A DNA stretch of 64,000 nucleotides from a virus. Its lineage: Duplodnaviria; Caudoviricetes. A program made the translations under genes and the position numbers. Numbering within the stretch: position 1 is the first letter of the stretch; each line of letters starts with the position of its first letter. The DNA lies in IMG/VR virus record IMGVR_UViG_3300031867_000001, positions 128,001 through 192,000 of that record; one strand, given 5' to 3'. Positions 61,204-64,000 of this stretch are shown here, piece by piece. The notes beneath the pieces are model-generated. The model made no database searches, was not told the origin of the DNA, and was given only the letters and a program-made list of their open reading frames with translations.

Positions 61204-61229
61204 GATTGCGGGGGATATCCCCCGCAATC
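61204..61229. repeat. 26-bp perfect palindrome GATTGCGGGGGATATCCCCCGCAATC
   Basis: Same palindrome family, but located between divergent genes. Confidence 0.7.
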
Positions 61230-61413
61230 TAAATAGCATGATGGATTCACATATACTCCCGACCAATATATGTGAATGTGTTATCAGCATTAAGCCAATT
61301 CAATTGATCATGAATTGATTTATTATCAGAGTAAGTATGTGTGGATAATTATTATTAACGACCAAAATGTAACTTTCTTGTTTTTCCATAATGATTAAAG
61401 GAGGCTTATTATA

Positions 61414-62922
61414 ATGAAAATCCAAAGCTTATATGATATTGAAACAGAAATCAAAGTCAATGGATTGAAAGAAGTGACTTCACAAAATCCATACAAGACA
61501 CAGAACCAATATAATCCAGATGGTTTGTTCTCGGAAGAGATATTTGGTCAAACCGAGAATGAACGTCGATACAGATGTGGTTATATCAAATTACCAATTC
61601 ATGTCTTTAATGGTGGAATATATAAAACCATCATTTCCAGAAGCGGTGGTATTATCAAGAAAATGGCATGTGGTGAAGTCAAATGTAATTTGATTGATGG
61701 TGTACTCACGGCAGATGAAAATGGTAAATATTGTGGATTGGTCGATTTATATAATATCTGGGATAAGATCGATATTGAGAAAACATTATCGTCAAAACGT
61801 AAAGTGAATTTGGATATCTTAACCAAAAGCCCAAAGCGTTTGATATTCATCGATAAAGTATTGGTTGCACCTCCCAGTATGCGTGCAATTGGTATTAGAA
61901 ATGGAAGACAAGTAAAGAGTGAGTTGAATACCTTCTATATGACTTTATTGGGATTAAAGAGCGTCATGGCTCATACAACAACCGAAGATACATATCAAGT
62001 GTACAACAAGTATCAATCCACCGTTGTTTCCATATATGATTATATCAAGAACTTATTTGGTTCAAAGAATGGATTTGCACAAAAACACTTAGTAGCAAAG
62101 ACAACAACGTTCAATGCACGTAATGTCATATCTGCTCCAAAGTATAATACGGATAAACCAAACATTGGTTTATTCAGAACCGGATATCCATTACATTCAC
62201 TATGTTCCATGTTTAATCCATTCATCAAATTCCAATTGAAACAATTCATGTCATATTCCAATATCGTTTCGTTTCATCCAAATAAAGAAGAAGTAGATGC
62301 AGCATTATTGAGTCAAATTTATGATGATAAAATGATTGATGATTTGGTTAAAATTTATATGAACAATCCCGGATCACGTTTTCGTATTTTGTACTTAGAT
62401 CCAGATAATACAAAACCAATTATCTTTGAAGCGTTTGATATCAAGAATCAACAGCGTATTTCACGTCCATTAACATTAACCGACATTGTTTATATTGCAT
62501 GCAAACATGGTGTTGTGGATGCAAATAAAATGGCATATACGGTTCGATATCCAATCGGCGATTATATGGGCGCATTCTTCACCAGAATCCATATCTTATC
62601 AACCAACAAAGTCATGGACATTATGTTTATGGGAGAAACCTTTGAACAATATCCCGTTGTTGATTTGGAAGCATCACATGTTCGTGTATCAACCATGTTT
62701 GCAGAAACATTAACTCCATCCAATTCTCGGTTGAAAGCAATTGGTGGTGACTATGATGGTGATACCGTAAAGAGTGTTGGTATTTGGAGTGATGAAGCAA
62801 ATGCAGAAGCAGAGAAGCTTATGTTAAGTAAGATCTACAATATCACAACACAATGCACAACCATGTTTCCTATCGAGATAGAATGCTTGAATGGTTTATA
62901 TGCATTAACAAAAGATGAGTAA
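61414..62922 (+). CDS. RNA polymerase beta' subunit N-terminal/catalytic fragment
   Basis: DGLFSEEIFG, GYIKLP, PPSMR, RNVIS, RYP and catalytic GGDYDGD; lacks the N-terminal Zn-ribbon cysteines, as virion-type beta' does. Confidence 0.92.
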   Translation: MKIQSLYDIETEIKVNGLKEVTSQNPYKTQNQYNPDGLFSEEIFGQTENERRYRCGYIKLPIHVFNGGIYKTIISRSGGIIKKMACGEVKCNLIDGVLTADENGKYCGLVDLYNIWDKIDIEKTLSSKRKVNLDILTKSPKRLIFIDKVLVAPPSMRAIGIRNGRQVKSELNTFYMTLLGLKSVMAHTTTEDTYQVYNKYQSTVVSIYDYIKNLFGSKNGFAQKHLVAKTTTFNARNVISAPKYNTDKPNIGLFRTGYPLHSLCSMFNPFIKFQLKQFMSYSNIVSFHPNKEEVDAALLSQIYDDKMIDDLVKIYMNNPGSRFRILYLDPDNTKPIIFEAFDIKNQQRISRPLTLTDIVYIACKHGVVDANKMAYTVRYPIGDYMGAFFTRIHILSTNKVMDIMFMGETFEQYPVVDLEASHVRVSTMFAETLTPSNSRLKAIGGDYDGDTVKSVGIWSDEANAEAEKLMLSKIYNITTQCTTMFPIEIECLNGLYALTKDE

Positions 62923-63125
62923 TGTGTATAATAAGAAAAAACTTTTTCATTGTACATATATTCTTTGATTGACCGGAGGTCAATCTTATTATATAATATT
63001 ATATAATAGAGAAAGAATAAAGAAAGATATACACATAAAGAGATATAACATGATACACATAAACAGCATACATAGGTATCATAGTATATTTTTTCCGCAA
63101 AGGAAATATAAGGGGCTGAGGATTT

Positions 63126-63437
63126 ATGGCTAAATTCTATATAGATGATCACAACAATATATCCGGAGACCATTACTTGGATTTATTCGGGAATAATGAT
63201 GTAAAAGATCGGTTGGTGGAAGATATGGATATTAAGAATTATAGCGATAAAATCGCCAGTAAATCAATTGGTGATACATTGGTCAAAATTCAAAATGGTA
63301 TCAACAATGGTGACAATTGTTTGTTACATATTCTTTTTTGTAATGAAATGAATATTGATGAATCATGTAACCATGATGATTGCGAACAATGTATCTTGAA
63401 ACACATCAATGATCGCATTCATAATAACAAGAAATGA
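63126..63437 (+). CDS. Hypothetical protein
   Basis: GAGGA SD; C-terminal Cys cluster. Confidence 0.6.
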   Translation: MAKFYIDDHNNISGDHYLDLFGNNDVKDRLVEDMDIKNYSDKIASKSIGDTLVKIQNGINNGDNCLLHILFCNEMNIDESCNHDDCEQCILKHINDRIHNNKK

Positions 63438-63478
63438 TGCGATTGATATAATAATGATAACAGATAGGAGAGTTGTTT

Positions 63479-64000
63479 ATGAAGTTAATTGATGGATTAC
63501 AGATGGCTTACGACATGTGTCCAGATGTGGATGAAAGCGAACAAACGAAAGAGCTGAATAAGTTATACCCAGATCCACAAGAATGGGCGGATGCTTACAA
63601 TTCTTACAGAGCGCAACCCCAGTTATATCCCAATATCGCAACAATGTTATGTTCTCCATACATTGAAGACAATTGGGGTGATGTCAATGGTATTGTCGCT
63701 ACATTCAATGAAGATGTACAAACTTCATTCCGTGAAGATTACAAGATCGATCCAAATAAGATCTTTACACAAGACATTGCTGCATTGCGTAGTCTTGCAG
63801 CGGATCAGATTCGTGTTAAGAAGTTATTTGAAAAACGTTTAACCGAGTCTTTGAAGGATAAGGATAAGTATGGATTGAATGAAAATGATATCATGGCAAT
63901 GCAAGCTTTAACTGCAGCGAATAATGCAGTAACAGCAATCAACAAAGAACAGATCAACATTCGTAAAAATATTGCGGATATTCGACTGAAACAACAGCAG
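63479..64000 (+). CDS. Hypothetical protein, 3'-partial
   Basis: AGGAGAG SD, ATG at 63479 (MKLIDGLQMAYD...), open to the window end. Confidence 0.75.
   Translation, partial: MKLIDGLQMAYDMCPDVDESEQTKELNKLYPDPQEWADAYNSYRAQPQLYPNIATMLCSPYIEDNWGDVNGIVATFNEDVQTSFREDYKIDPNKIFTQDIAALRSLAADQIRVKKLFEKRLTESLKDKDKYGLNENDIMAMQALTAANNAVTAINKEQINIRKNIADIRLKQQQ

Noticed and set aside
1-64000. Stop-codon reassignment, tRNA/rRNA genes, introns or inteins
   Set aside because: Core genes are intact in code 11 with high coding density. I recognised no cloverleaf, rRNA, intein or group I intron signatures by eye.

Overview
This 64 kb AT-rich window is an internal segment of a jumbo myophage genome of the phiKZ/AR9(PBS1)-like type. 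Strong AGGAG(G) Shine-Dalgarno sites, a 3D-domain protein and a Firmicute-style holin suggest a Gram-positive host. Virion genes: a tape-measure-like protein with a C39-like peptidase domain (runs off the left edge), a neck protein, the major capsid protein, a prohead protease, several probably protease-processed head proteins, a gp25-like wedge and two large tail/fibre proteins. Transcription: four split multisubunit RNA polymerase fragments, including two different beta' C-terminal halves, which implies two RNAPs. Replication: the N-terminal half of a split family B DNA polymerase, GyrA-like and GyrB-like subunits, an SF2 helicase, and DHH and MYG1 nucleases. Non-coding signals: an AT-rich putative early promoter (TATATAATTAATATG), an AR9-like putative late promoter (AACG-N6-TA) and a family of near-loopless GC palindromes. 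The most unusual feature is a ~200-nt structured element present twice (51875-52075 and 54634-54835). Each copy lies just downstream of the early-promoter motif, is closed by a long-range stem whose sequence differs between copies, and encodes a conserved 17-20 aa micro-peptide (..E[IV]YIP[DN]TxGSIIICE*) with its stop codon in a hairpin loop. All assignments come from motif recognition by eye; no database searches were run.
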